Positions 23,784-36,816 of a stretch of DNA of 64,000 nucleotides are shown piece by piece. Origin of the DNA: Scyliorhinus canicula (Eukaryota); NCBI RefSeq assembly GCF_902713615.1, contig NC_052149.1, positions 126,979,256-127,043,255 on the forward strand, given 5' to 3'. Positions within the stretch are counted from its first letter, which is position 1. Every line of letters begins with the position of its first letter. The notes under the pieces were generated by a model that saw only the letters and a list, made by a program, of their open reading frames with translations, had not been told where the DNA came from and did no database searches. Both the position numbers and the translations under genes were made by a program.

Positions 23784-24467
23784 GGGTGGGATTCTCCCAT
23801 CCCGTGCCAGAGTGTCCACGCCATTGTAAACGCTGTCGCGTTTTACGACAGTGTGAACAGGCTGCTGCCAAGAGTAATTCTGGCCCCTACAGAGGGCCAG
23901 AACGGCAATGGAGCAGTTCACGCCACTCCAGCTGCCAATCCCGGCACAAACTGTACGCCGCGGGATCCGTGCATGCGCTGTGGTGCCGATGCCGACGCAC
24001 TCATGCACGGCTTCCTCCTTCAATGTGCCGGCCCCGACGCAACATGGCGCAGTAGTACAGGGGGCCGGCGCGTAGGAATAGAGGCCGGGGGACAGAAAGG
24101 CCAGCCTGCCGATCGGTGGGTCCCAATCGCGGGCCAGGCCGCATTGAAGGCCCCCCCGGTGTCGGAGCCCCCCGCCGGTGTCGTAGCCCCCCCCCCCCCC
24201 CCCCCCCCCCCACACACAGGTCGCCACCCGACCCTTGCACACAGTTAAAATGCTGAGTCCAGCCGGTGCCATCCACGCCTGCTCGCTGCCAGCGGGACTC
24301 AGCATTTTAACAGCGGCCGCTTGGCCCATCCCGCGGAGAGCGGCCCCCAACCAGCGCCGCGCCAAACACACGGGCGCCAGTGGCGACGATCACATGCCGG
24401 TGTCGGGGTGGCGTGGCCCGGTCGCGGGGATTCTCCGGCACGGCTCCGGGCTGAGAGAATCCCGCCC
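23784..24467. mobile_element. Harbinger-type MITE
   Basis: GGGTGGGATTCTCC...GAGAATCCCGCCC TIRs, GC-rich interior. Confidence 0.7.
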
Positions 24468-24980
24468 ATTATCCCTGTTCCCTGTCTCCTCCCTCCGAAC
24501 TAATTCCTTAACCATGGAAATTGATTTCCTCAAATTCCATATGATTCAGTCTCTAGTTTGGCACCTGGAAATCCATCAATATAACATCACAGACATTCCC
24601 TTATCTACCACATTGGTGACCTCATTAACAAATCTAACCAGGTTAGTTAAACATGTTTGACCCGCCTCCCCGGACAGGCACCGGAATGTGGCGACTAGGG
24701 GCTTTTCACAGTAACTTCATTGAAGCCTACTCGCGACAATAAGTGATTTTCATTTCATTTCATTTTTCATTTAAACCCGTGCTGACTCTCTCGGATCAGT
24801 TCATATTTCTGACTGATTTTGTGTCCAATCACAGATTCCAGTCACTTCCCCATAACAGACATTAAACTGAGATGTTAGTTGTGAATAACGCTAGTATACA
24901 GCTAGCACAGACATGAGGGGCTGAGTAGACTCCTCCTGTACTGGAGATATATCTGGCTCATCAGGTACATCACACTACCA

Positions 24981-25278
24981 GGTTCGATTCCCGGCTGGGT
25001 CACTGTCTGTGTGGAATCTGCACGTCCTCCCCCTGTGTGCGTGGGTTTCCTCCGGGTGCTCCGGTTTTCTCCCACAGTCCAAAGATGTGCGAGTTAGGTG
25101 GATTGGCCATGCTAAATTGCCCGTAGTGTCCTAATAAATGTAAGGTTAAGTGGGGGGGGTTGTTGGGTTACGGGTATAGGGTGGATATGTGGGTTTGAGT
25201 AGGGTGATCATGGCTCGGCACAACATTGAGGGCCGAAGGGCCTGTTCTGTGCTGTACTGTTCTATGTTCTATGTTCTA
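24981..25278 (+). mobile_element. 5'-truncated V-SINE inserted in first unit of the 36-bp array
   Basis: Flanked by CAGGTACATCACACTAC (24962-24978) and TACACAATCCAG. Confidence 0.85.
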
Positions 25279-25815
25279 CTACACAATCCAGTCTGTGTAC
25301 ACAGGTACATCACATGTCACAATCCAGTCTGTGTACACAGGTACATAACATTTCACTCTCCAGTCTGTGTACTCAGGTACATCACATGTCACAATCCAGT
25401 CTGTGTACACAGGTACATAACATTTCACTCTCCAGTCTGTGTACACAGGTACATCACATTTCACAATCCAGTCTGTGTACACAGGTACATCACACTTCAC
25501 AATACAGTCTGGGTGCACAGGTACATCACACTTCACAATCCAGTCTGTGTGCACAGGTACATCACACTTCACAATCCAGTCTGTGTACACAGGTACATCA
25601 CACTTCACAATCCAGTCTGTGTACACAGGTACATCACACTTCACAATCCAGTCTGTGTACACAGGTACATCACACTTCACAATCCAGGCTGTGTACACAG
25701 GTACATCACACTTCACAATCCAGTCTGTGTACACAGGTACATCACACTACACAATCCAGTCTGTGTACACAGGTACATCACACTTCACAATCCAGTCTGT
25801 GTGCACAATCTAGTC
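25279..25815. repeat. 36-bp minisatellite (GTACACAGGTACATCACACTTCACAATCCAGTCTGT), about 15 copies
   Basis: Direct periodicity; 12-aa periodic spurious ORFs. Confidence 0.95.
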
Positions 25816-28208
25816 TGTGAGAGACCCAGTGCAGTAAAACGGTATTGACCGTTTCCTAGTCTCAGGTGTAGTGAGTGACGCAGTGCAGTCAAAACGTCTG
25901 TCACTACGACTGACACGAGGGAACTGCCCGTCTTATGCACCGAACGTTTCTCTACACCTGAAGGTGGAAAGGGTATTGCAATTTCCGAGTGTCAGGTGTA
26001 GTGACTGACCCGGTGCAGTAAAATGGTATTGACCGTTTCCTAGTGTCAGGTATAGTGAGAGACCCGGTGCAGTAAAACGGTATTGACCGTTTCCTAGTGT
26101 CAGGTGTAGTGAGAGACATGGTGCAGTAAAACGGGATTGACCGTTTCCTTGTGTCAGGTATAGTGAGAGACACTGTGCAGTAAAACGGTATTGACCGTTT
26201 CCTAGTGTCAGGTGTCGTGAGAGACCTGGTGCAGTAAAACGGTATTGACCGTTTCCTAGTGTCAGGTATAGTGAGAGACACGGTGCAGTAAAACGGTATT
26301 AACCGTTTCCTTGTATCAGGTGTAATGAGAGATCTGGTGCAGTAAAACGGTATTGACCGTTTCCTAGTGTCAGGTATAGTGAGAGACACGGTGCAGTAAA
26401 ACGGTATTGACCGTTTCCTAGTGTCAGGTGTAGTGAGAGACATGGTGCAGTAAAACGGTATTGACCGTTTCCTAGTGTCAGGTGTAGTGAGAGACATGGT
26501 GCAGTAAAACGGTATTGACCGTTTCCTAGTGTCAGGTGTAGTGAGAGACATGGTGCAGTAAAACGGTATTGACCGTTTCCTAGTGTCAGGTGTAGTGAGA
26601 GACCCGGGTGCAGTAAAACGGTATTGACCGTTTCCTAGTGTCAGGTGTAGTGACTGACCCGGTGCAGTAAAACGGTATTGACCGTTTCCTAGTGTCAGGT
26701 ATAGTGAGAGATTCGGTGCAGTAAAACGGTATTGACCGTTTCCTTGTGTCAGGTGTAGTGAGAGACCCAGTGCAGTAAAACGGTATTGACCGTTTCCTCG
26801 TGTCAGGTGTAGTGAGAGACCCGATGCAGTAAAACGGAATTGGCCGTTTCCTAGTCTCAGGTGTAGTGAGTGACGCAGTGCAGTCAAAACGTCTGTCACT
26901 ACGACTGACACGAGGGAACGAGGTCTTATGCACCGAACGTTTCTCTACACCTGAAGGTGGAAAGGGTATTGCCATTTCCGAGTGACAGGTGTAGTGACTG
27001 ACCCGGTGCAGTAAAATGGTATTGACAGTTTCCTAGTGTCAGGTATAGTGAGAGACCCGGTGCAGTAAAACGGTATTGACTGTTTCCTAGTGTCAGGTAT
27101 AGTGAGAGACCCGGTGCAGTAAAACGGTATTAACCGTTTCCTAGTGTCAGGTGTAGTGAGAGACATGGTGCAGTAAAACGGTATTGACCGTTTCCTAGTG
27201 TCAGGTATAGTGAGAGACACGGTGCAGTAAAACGGTATTGACCGTTTCCTAGTGTCAGGTGTAGTGAGAGACATGGTGCAGTAAAACGGTATTGACCGTT
27301 TCCTAGTGTCAGGTGTAGTGAGAGACATGGTGCAGTAAAACGGTATTGACCGTTTCCTAGTGTCAGGTTTAGTGAGAGACATAGTGCAGTAAAACGGTAT
27401 TGACCGTTTCCTAGTGTCAGGTGTAGTGAGAGACATGGTGCAGTAAAACGGTATTGACCGTTTCCTAGTGTCAGGTGTAGTGAGAGACATGGTGCAGTAA
27501 AACCGTATTGACCGTTTCCTAGTGTCAGATGTAGTGAGAGACATAGTGCAGTAAAACGGTATTGACCGTTTCCTAGTGTCAGGTGTAGTGACTGACCCGG
27601 TGCAGTAAAACGGTATTGACCGTTTCCTAGTGTCAGGTATAGTGAGAGATTCGGTGCAGTAAAACGGTATTGACCGTTTCCTTGTGTCAGGTGTAGTGAG
27701 AGACCCAGTGCAGTCAAAACGTCTGTCACTACGACTGACACGAGGGAACGAGGTCTTATGCACCGGACGTTTCACTACACCTGAAGGTGGAAAGGGTATT
27801 GCCGTTTCCTAGTGTCAGGTGTAGTGACTGACCCGCTGCAGTAAAACGGTATTGACCGTTTCCTAGTGTCAGGTGTGGTGACTGACCCGGTGCAGTAAAA
27901 CGGTATTGACCGTTTCCTAGTGTCAGGTGTAGTGAGAGACATGGTGCAGTAAAACGGTATTGACCGTTTCCTAGTGTCAGGTGTAGTGAGAGACCCGATG
28001 CAGTAAAACAGTATTGACCGTTTCCTAGTGTCAGGTGTGGTGACTGACCCGGTGCAGTAAAACGGTATTGACCGTTTCCTAGTGTCAGGTGCAGTGAGAG
28101 ACACGGTGCAGTAAAACGGTATTGACCGTTTCCTAGTGTCAGGTGTAGTGACTGACCCGGTGCAGTAAAACGGTATTGACCGTTTCCTTGTGTCAGGTGT
28201 AGTGAGAA
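25816..28208. repeat. 54-bp satellite with internal hairpin, about 37 regular units plus three divergent spacers
   Basis: Unit GTGCAGTAAAACGGTATTGACCGTTTCCTAGTGTCAGGTGTAGTGAGAGACATG; 18-aa periodic ORFs; spacers near 25870-25985, 26865-26985, 27712-27805. Confidence 0.95.
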
Positions 28209-28532
28209 ACGTGTGAAAACAGTGAGGGATCCATCTCCTGGTAATAAAGCAATGAGAGTGGTCGGACTATAAACATAACATCAGCAACGTCAGATAAAAA
28301 TTTAGATTGGGGAGTTGTCGAGTCGCTTGCTGAATGTTTGGTAAATAATTAAATAATGAAAAAATCATTGAAGTAAAGTCACTGAAGCTTTTGTTGTGGG
28401 GGAAGAGAGAGAGAGAGAGAGTGAGAGGGTTACCCCTCGGTGGGTTTATGACCAGTGACAGACAGGGGCTGAGGAAATGGGAGTTTCGGTCGTTTAGTTT
28501 GTTCCTGTTGGTGAAAATCTCGAAGATTCCTT

Positions 28533-28637
28533 CCCCACCCCCTGTGCCCCCCCGCCCCCCCACCCCCCCACCCCCCCCCCACCCCCCCCCCCACCCCCCC
28601 CACCCCCCCCCCCCACACCCCCCCCCCCCACCCCCAC
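28533..28637. repeat. C-rich low-complexity tract
   Basis: Runs of C interrupted by single A. Confidence 0.8.
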
Positions 28638-28719
28638 TGCTACTTGAAATTTTGTTTAGAGTCTGAAAGTTTTAATCTGTTCAGATAAATGTTATAAGAA
28701 TGGAAATAAACAAATATTT

Positions 28720-29745
28720 ACATAATAACTTTTATTGTCACAAGTAGGCTGACATTAACACTGCAATGACGTTGCTGTGAAAAGCCCCTAGTCACCACAT
28801 TCTGGCTCCTGTTCAGGTACACAGAGGGAGAATTCAGAATGTCCAAATTACCTCACGGCACGTCTTCGGGAAATGTGGGCACCCGGAGGAAACGCCCACA
28901 GACACAGGGAGAACGTACAGACTCCGCACAGTGACCCAAGCTGGGAATCAAACCTGGGACCATGGAGCTGTGAAGCAACAGTGCTAACCACTGTGCCACC
29001 GTGCCGCCCTGTTATATTTGTGTGTCTGTGTGTAATGAAGAATTTGTGTGTGAGAGCTCATGGCCGGGATTCTCCCGGAATTGCGGGGCGGCCTGTACCA
29101 GTGCCAAGAGCACCATGATCCACTCCGGCGTCGGGCCGCCCGGAAGTTGGGGAATCCTCCAGCGGGGGGTCGGACAATCCCACCTCATGTGTTTCCTTCT
29201 CCAAATTGTCATTTGTTTGTATTGTTCCAGGAACCTGAGTTCAAAGCCTCACAATGTGGATTCTGAGTTGGATTTAAGTACAATAAAATGAAACAAACCA
29301 AAGTTTGAAGTTTTAAGGTTCGAGTTGAGATTTCTGTCCAGAGAGCACAGTTTGAATGGACTCTAAAGATACAACAGCTTTTCCCTGTGTTCATAGAATC
29401 TGCAGTGCAGAAAGAGGCCATTCAGACCATCGAGTTTCCACCAGCCCTTGGAAAGCACTCTATCCAAACCCACACCTCCACCCCATCCCCGTAACCCAGC
29501 AACCCATCTGTACGTTTTTGGGCACTGAGGGCAATTTATCATGGCCAATCCACCTAACCTACACATCTTTTGACTGTGGGAGGAAACCGGAGCATCCGGA
29601 GGAAACCCACGCAGACACAGGGAGAACGTGCAGACTCCACACAGGCAGTGACCCAGAGGGGAATCGAACCTAGGATCCTGGAGCTGTGAAGCAACCGTGC
29701 CAACCACTATGCCACTGTGCCGCCCTTGTGCTACCGTGCCACCCT
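28720..29745 (-). mobile_element. Two V-SINE-type SINEs (about 28720-29010, 29393-29745) with a MITE between (29062-29185, CAT TSD)
   Basis: Reverse-complement SINE cores; MITE ends GGCCGGGATTCTCC / GGACAATCCCACCT flanked by CAT. Confidence 0.75.
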
Positions 29746-30213
29746 AAAATGAACCAGACTCTGCAGCAACCTCTTACAGACTAACAGGAACTTCACTCTT
29801 TCCAATCACAGCTTGAGCTTTCTGATTGCTGAATGGATCCATTCCCTCTCGAGCAGAATGGACCCTCGTGTTTTTATTTCGAGGTAACCTCCAATGCCTC
29901 TGTGTACCTGAATAGACACCGGAATGTGGCGACTAGGGGATTTTCACAGTAACTTCATTGCAGTGTTAATGTAAGCCTACTTGTGACAATAACGATTATT
30001 ATTATTATATGTAACAAGATTTCCAGCAGCGTTAATAATCGGAGAAGTTATCTGAAGATTTTTATTGCCACAGTATCGTCATGGTTTTGAGTCTTTACTT
30101 TATCTAGAAAGAAAATGGTTGAACCCATTCAGGACCATTGTTATCTTCTGCTTGGGAACACGAGATCTGATATAAACACACTGACCAATGAGAATCAGAC
30201 TGTTTAACACGAG

Positions 30214-30563
30214 GGGCGGGATTCTCCGCTATCCGGCGGGATGGGCCGTACCGGCGGCGAGGGGCGGCGGAACCACTCCGGCATCGGGCTGCCTGGAAGT
30301 TGCGGAATCCTCCGCACCTTCAGGGGCTAGGCCGGTGCCGGAGTGTTTGCCGCCACGCCAACTGGAGCCGAAGTGCCTCCGCCAGCCAGGCCGAGTTGGC
30401 GCATGCGCGGGACGGCCAGCGTGTGCTGGCATCATCGAGGGCCAGAGAATCGCTGGGGGAGCTGCTGCCAATTGCCACCAACACGGAGAATCCGGCAGCC
30501 GGAATCGGGGCAGCGGATCGGGATTCACACCGCCCCCTGGTGGTGGGTCGGAGAATCCTGCAC
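30214..30563. mobile_element. Harbinger-type MITE
   Basis: GGGCGGGATTCTCC...GGAGAATCCTGCAC TIRs. Confidence 0.7.
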
Positions 30564-33112
30564 AAGACCTTTGAAAACGATGATGTCATTGAAGGGAAAG
30601 AAAATCTGTCCCTTTAAATCTGAATCCAAATTCACACACATGAGGAAGAAGTCATTTGAATTTTGATAGTGTAAATTACAGTTTACAAAGTATAATGATT
30701 TGAGGTTTGGTTCCTGATAAAGTTCTCAACTGGAAATTTTAATTTGAAAAGGTTTGACAACAATTGACATTAATTCAAATGCTGCCAGCTGCTGGGCAGA
30801 AAGAAGAATTTAAAATATGGTTGTTCCCAAAATGTAAACATAAACCTGAAGCTTGAAGTTTGGTAAAAATCCAATTTGAAGCAGAGTTAAAGAAAGCAGC
30901 TCAACAACAAAACTATTAGAATCTGGGATCAGTTTAAAATGAAAATGCTCCAGCTTCAAACGAGAGAGATACGTAAGGCATGACCTTTCCAAAAGTGAAC
31001 AAAGTTCCCGAGCGAGTGCGTTTAGCTACATGATTCCCGGCACTCGCCGTGCTGAGAAACACAAGGATTTTCAACACGATTGGCTTTGAACGGGAATGTC
31101 GAGGCCGAGGCCACACATAGTCCCGTTTGGTACACTGGGAATCTCCGCCCGCCGGACCTTCACGTTGTAGTGAGAAATCGGGAAACTATTTGTAAAAGGC
31201 GTACCGATCTTAGAGGCCACAAAAAGAATCCCCGAGCTCCCCGCCCAGCCCAAATGCAAGAGGGGCCCCTCCCCTCCCAACCCACACTGGGCAACCCCAG
31301 CCCAATCGAGCATGTGCAAAAAATGACAGCTGGTAGTGCCACATGGGAACCTTGGCAGTGCCAGGCTGGCACACAGATGGCATTGCCAGGGTACTCAGGT
31401 GGCACCAGCAGTGGCAAGGCACCACCTTGCCCAAAGGGAATGCAGCTGATCATCTTGGAGATCTCCATGATGCCGTTCCTTCTGGAATCCCCGGTTATAG
31501 GGACCAGGACCAAGCGGCACTAACCCGAGGTCCCCGAGGTAAAGGGATTGAATCCCAAAGCCTCAGGTACCTCATGAATCTGCACATTATAGTTAAGCTT
31601 ACTGCGTCACCCTAATATGCAGATTTGCTAAAAGGTGATGCTGCCCATGGTCGGGATTCACCTTGCAGCACCTTGTGTGATTTGTGTTGTGAGCCGGGTA
31701 GATCCCGGGAGCGGGGTCTCCTGGCTTTCCCCAGCACCGCTGCACCGCGGTGAGCTGCTTTCCGGCGCTGCATGGCCGGAAGATCATGGCCAAAGAAGCA
31801 AAACCATGTCAATGTCTGGAACCAAATAGAAACATATTCTGAGTGTAGGCCTGAGGCCTGCTGCTGACACTAATATTTGCAATTTTGTATTTCACATTTT
31901 ATTTCAGCTCTGCTTTGATTTTAATATTTGAAGTGATTTTGTATTTTCTCACTTGATAAACACTGATCTTAACCCAGCTATGATTGTCCTTTGATTAATT
32001 AATCAATAATAATCAGCAGTGACCTGTTTTTCTCAATCTTGTTTTCTCTCTATACTGGCCACACAGCTTTGTTTAGACTAAAACTTTTGTTTTTCCACTT
32101 TCTCAAACTAGAATATTAAAATAAGTTGTTTTTTGTCGATTAGAATTGCTGTTCTCCGGCATTCTGTGACCTTGGATTACAGAGCAAGTCGCTGAGTAAT
32201 CTTATCTGCTGTGGTCACCTGAAGCATCAGAAGATGAATTTTCATTGATGGGCATAACACCTGATTGATGACAGATGGGAAAACACCATCAAGAGCTCCG
32301 TAAACAAGCTGAATATGACAAAGTCTGCTTCACCTTGAGCTCCCTGTGAGAGGAACTGAGAAGAGCTGAGATTTGTTTGGGGAAAGATTGTGTGGCAGGC
32401 TTCACGAGACTGGAATGGAGCCAGAAATCCAGTTTAAAGAGACATTGCTTCAGAGACTCAGTGCTGGGGTGGAATAGTCATCCACGGACATCAGGAGGAA
32501 GGGTCAGAAATGGTCTGACTGACCATAGTGCCCACTCACTGGGGTTACTCAGTGACTTGGTAATGAGTTTACTGAGGGGACAGTAACGTGGGCACCAATT
32601 GTGGGGGACCCGTGGTGGAACAGACCAAATCGTGGTTATTGTTTGTGTTTGAGCAAACATCTGACTGTCTTCTTTTCCTCAGATATGTACAAACTGCTTC
32701 ACCTTTTGTCCGGATTCTCCTGTCTAAACCCGTTTGGCCATCATTTTTCTTTATTTTCTTTTATTTTGCAATTTAAATTTTTTAACATGGACAATTAATG
32801 TGCCGATGCCTTTAAGGTGGACTTCGAATGGCTGGTCAATTGACAGTTGACCTATAACCCTAAGGCAGGGCAGGTTGAAAGAAGCTGTTTATATTTCAGA
32901 TCAGCAGATTCCAGGGGGATTAGTGCTGACACACGTTGATGGACTTGGCTGTCGGCCAATTAACTATTTCAAATCACCTGACCTTTTCAATGGCCCCTGC
33001 CAATTGGTTGAGATTTCCTCTGAAAGTCCCTTCCTCCGTGTGACTGTGTTTTCTGTTTTACTTTTGTGTTGGTCAGAAGCTAGAGGGTCAGAACTCTGAT
33101 TTCTCTCTCATG

Positions 33113-33450
33113 AGCAGCACAGCAGCACAGTGGTTAGCACTGCTGCCTCACAGCTCCAGGGACCCGGGTTCAATTCCATTCTTAGGTGACTGTCTGTGTG
33201 GAGTTTGCACTTTCTCCCCATGTCTGCCTGGGTTTTCTCCCGGTTCTCCCGGTTCCTCCCATAGTCCAACGATGTGCAGGTTAGATGGATTGACCATGCT
33301 AAATTGCCCCTTAGTTTCCAAAAGGTTAGATAGGATAACTGGGTTACAGGGAAAGGGTGGAGGAGTGGGCCAAAGTAGGGTGCTCTTTCCAAGGGCCGCT
33401 ACAGACTCGATGGGCTTAATGGCCTCCTTCTGCACTGTAGGGATTCTATG
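33113..33450 (+). mobile_element. V-SINE-type SINE (older variant)
   Basis: tRNA-like head, V-core, CTGCACTGTAGGGATTCTATG tail. Confidence 0.85.
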
Positions 33451-35286
33451 ACTCATCTAATGGATTCTTTTTGATGACCTGAAGTGAAAACCTCTCTTTC
33501 TGCACAGCCAGACTGAACTGCAAGGAAACCAAAGTCAAATCACCAGCTGCAGACAGGGTTCAGATGTTTAACTCCATTTTAATATCTTGTGTGGGAAGTC
33601 TGTTCCTATCTCAGTAAGACTGTTAGTCATTCTGGTGGAGTTGGAAATAAGTAAGAATTAAACAGATCTGAAGCTGTTCCTTTGATTCAAGGCCCAGGTT
33701 ATTAAACATTGAAGTGCCTCTCACAGAGGGAGTCCTATTGACTGGGAGTACTGGCTGAATGCAGCTGACAGAAGACCATCTCTACCGCTACCGGTGGATC
33801 GATCCCAAAACATCCTGGCAGGACATCCTGCTGCAATAACTTCAATATCCGAAGAAAGGACACTCATTTTTCATTTCAAATTAATCCCCCTTATTATTTT
33901 CACCCTTTTCCTCCTCTCTGGGTGTGTCTGTCTTGTGTGTGTTGAGTAGAGGGTGGAATGGGAAAAGGTGGGAATAGCAGATTAGAAAGCAGATATTCCA
34001 TTGTGATTGCTGTACATGTCAAATTTGCTTGTGTTATAAATAAACAGTTATCGTTGTCAACTTACAAACCAGGTGGCATTAACTTATTGAGCAGTCAAAG
34101 AGCCAAAGATTCTGTGAATTTTATACAAATTATTGGTTAATTCACTTGTGTTGGGACTCAGGGGTCTGTGGGGCTGGAATTGACCGCGCACTAGCCCAGG
34201 GTGTCATAACACTTTCAATAAAGATATCTTTCTTCCTTTTCATATACTCTTTTTTTAAATATATTTGTTTTATATAAATTAGAGATTATGGTTATAATCT
34301 TATTATCATTATTCAAAAAATTTCCAACACAATACTTGTGAGAGTCGCTCATTCCTGTCACGTCCAGAGTGCAGCTTCGAACCTCAGTGAGACTCTGAAA
34401 GGGATTCTCACCTCTCCTCACAGGGAAACCCTTTATTGTACGGTGAGTCCCTCCAGACAAACTGAATGAGATAAGCTGGGAACTATTCCAGGTGTAAAAG
34501 GGTCTGAGGAAATGATTCAGAGTTAGAAATAGAGGGCTGGATACTCTGATTGCCGACGGTGAAATTGCATTCGGCGATTGGCCGGAGAATCCATTTTGAG
34601 GCCAGAATCTGGGGCGGCGCCATTTTTCAGAGGCTCTGCCCCCTCCAAAATGGTGACATTGGGGTGTATGCCGCACTCTGTTGGTACGGCCTCAGGATGT
34701 CACCTGAAGGCCCTCACCCGATGCTCCATCCCCAATGGGCCAACTTCCCGACGAAGTGGATCACTTGTGGTCTGAGATTTTGTCAACCTGGTGTGGTGGC
34801 TGCGGAGTGTGTCCAGCACCGCGGCAGTCAGGGGGTGGAGCTGTTCCATTGGCCGGGGGGGGGCTTCGGCGGGAGCTGGGGGGACTGTTGGGGGGGATAG
34901 TCCGGGGTTGGCGAGAGGGGTTACGGGGGGGGGGGGGTACTACCTGGCAGGCTGGGTCCGCGCATGGCTGGCACCATATTGTACGGTACGGCCGCCGCAG
35001 TTTGCTGCCGTGCACATTCGTGGCCATGATCCGCCAATTCTCTATTCGTATCTGCAGGTAAAGCCGGGGGTTTTACATGGCACGGCTGCTGGCCCCCCCA
35101 CTGGGCGGCGCCAACCTTTTCATCGTAGTACTAGGCACATGCTCCGGACATAGCCTCAAAGTCGGAGAAAGCAGCCCAGATTTCAGGAAAAGCACACAGG
35201 ACGGGATTCTCCTTTTCTGAGATTAAGGACTGGATTCTCCGATTTTGAGGCTCTGTCTGAAAGAAGTGTCGAGTTTTATGATGGAA

Positions 35287-36816
35287 CAGTTGGCAGTGCC
35301 CTCGCACCGATACTCCGCACGGTGGGGGGGGTAGTAGTTGGCAGTGCCCTCGCACCGATGCCCCGCTCGGTGGGGGGGGTAGTAGTTGGCAGTGCCCTCG
35401 CACCTATGCTCCGCCCGGGGTGAGGGGCTAGCAGTTGGCAGTGCCCTCGCACCGATGCCCCGCCCCATGGGGGGCTAGCAGTTGGCAGTGCCCTCGCACC
35501 GATGCCCCGCCCGGTGGGGGGGGCTAGCAGTTGGCAGTGCCCTCGCACCGATGCCCTGCCCGGTGGGGGGCTAGCAGTTGGCAGTGCCCTCGCACCGATG
35601 CTCCGCCCGGGCTGGGGGGGGCTAGCAGTTGGCAGTGCCCTCGCACCGATGCTCCGCCCGGTGGGGGGCTAGCAGTTGGCAGTGCCCTCGCACCGATGCT
35701 CCGCCCGGTGGGGGGGCTAGCAGTTGGCAGTGCCCTCACACCGATGCTCCGCCCGGTGGGGGGGGGCTAGCAGTTGGCAGTGCCCTCGCACCGATGCACC
35801 GCCCGGTGAGGGGCTAGCAGTTGGCAGTGCCCTCGCACCGATGCCCCGCCCCATGGGGGGCTATCAGTTGGCAGTGCCCTCGCACCGATGCCCCGCCCCA
35901 TGGGGGGCTAGCAGTTGACAGTGCCCTCGCACCGATGCCACCGCCCGGTGAGGGGTCTAGCAGTTGGCAGTGCCCTCGCACCGATGCCCCGCCCGGGGGG
36001 GGGGCTAGCAGTTGGCAGTGCCCTCGCACCGATGCCCCGCCCCATGGGGGGCTAGCAGTTGGCAGTGCCCTCGCACCGATGCTCCGCCCGGTGGGGGGCT
36101 AGCAGTTGGCAGTGCCCTCGCACCGATGCTCCGCCCGGGGTGGGGGGCTAGCAGTTGGCAGTGCCCTCGCACCGATGCCCCGCCCCATGGGGGGCTAGCA
36201 GTTGGCAGTGCCCTCGCACCGATGCCCCGCCCATGGGGGGCTAGCAGTTGGCAGTGCCCTCGCACCGATGCCCCGCCCCATGGGGGGCTAGCAGTTGGCA
36301 GTGCCCTCGCACCGATGCTCCGCCCGGTGGGGGGGGGGCTAGCAGTTGGCAGTGCCCTCGCACCGATGCCCCGCCCCATGGGGGGCTAGCAGTTGGCAGT
36401 GCCCTCGCACCGATGCCCCGCCCGGTGGGGGGGCTAGCAGTTGGCAGTGCCCTCGCACCGATGCCCCGCCCCATGGGGGGCTAGCAGTGCCCTCGCACCG
36501 ATGCTCCGCCCGGGGTGGGGCTAGCAGTTGGCAGTGCCCTCGCACCGATGCTCCGCCCGGGGTGGGGCTAGCAGTTGGCAGTGCCCTCGCACCGATGCTC
36601 CGCCCCATGGGGGGCTAGCAGTTGGCAGTGCCCTCGCACCGATGCTCCGCCCGGTGGGGGGCTAGCAGTTGGCAGTGCCCTCACACCGATGCACCGCCCG
36701 GTGAGGGGCTAGCAGTTGGCAGTGCCCTCGCACCGATGCTCCGCCCGGGGTGGGGCTAGCAGTTGGCAGTGCCCTCACACCGATGCTCCGCCCGGGGTGG
36801 GGGGGGCTAGCAGTTG
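35287..36816. repeat. About 47-bp GC-rich minisatellite (GCTAGCAGTTGGCAGTGCCCTCGCACCGATGCCCCGCCCCATGGGGGG), about 32 copies, inside a Harbinger-type element
   Basis: Direct periodicity; unit length varies with the G-run. Confidence 0.95.

Noticed and set aside
26171-26177. Heptamer CACTGTG in one satellite unit
   Set aside because: Single-unit variant with no nonamer at the 12-nt spacing checked.
25189-28104. Long repetitive ORFs (up to 319 aa)
   Set aside because: Artefacts of 36- and 54-bp periods divisible by 3; open on several frames and both strands with no gene structure.
25279-28208. CRISPR-like look (regular repeats with a hairpin)
   Set aside because: Units are contiguous with no unique spacers, there are no cas genes, and the context is a vertebrate genome.
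28533-28637. Functional G4/i-motif element
   Set aside because: Simple homopolymer-rich tract like others in the window; length may be a sequencing artefact.
28210-34500. Hidden non-Ig gene or RAG/Transib-like element in the less repetitive stretch
   Set aside because: No ORF with a recognisable domain or consistent exon structure; 32790-34211 looks LTR-like (AATAAA, ends GTCATAACA) but I could not fix its boundaries.
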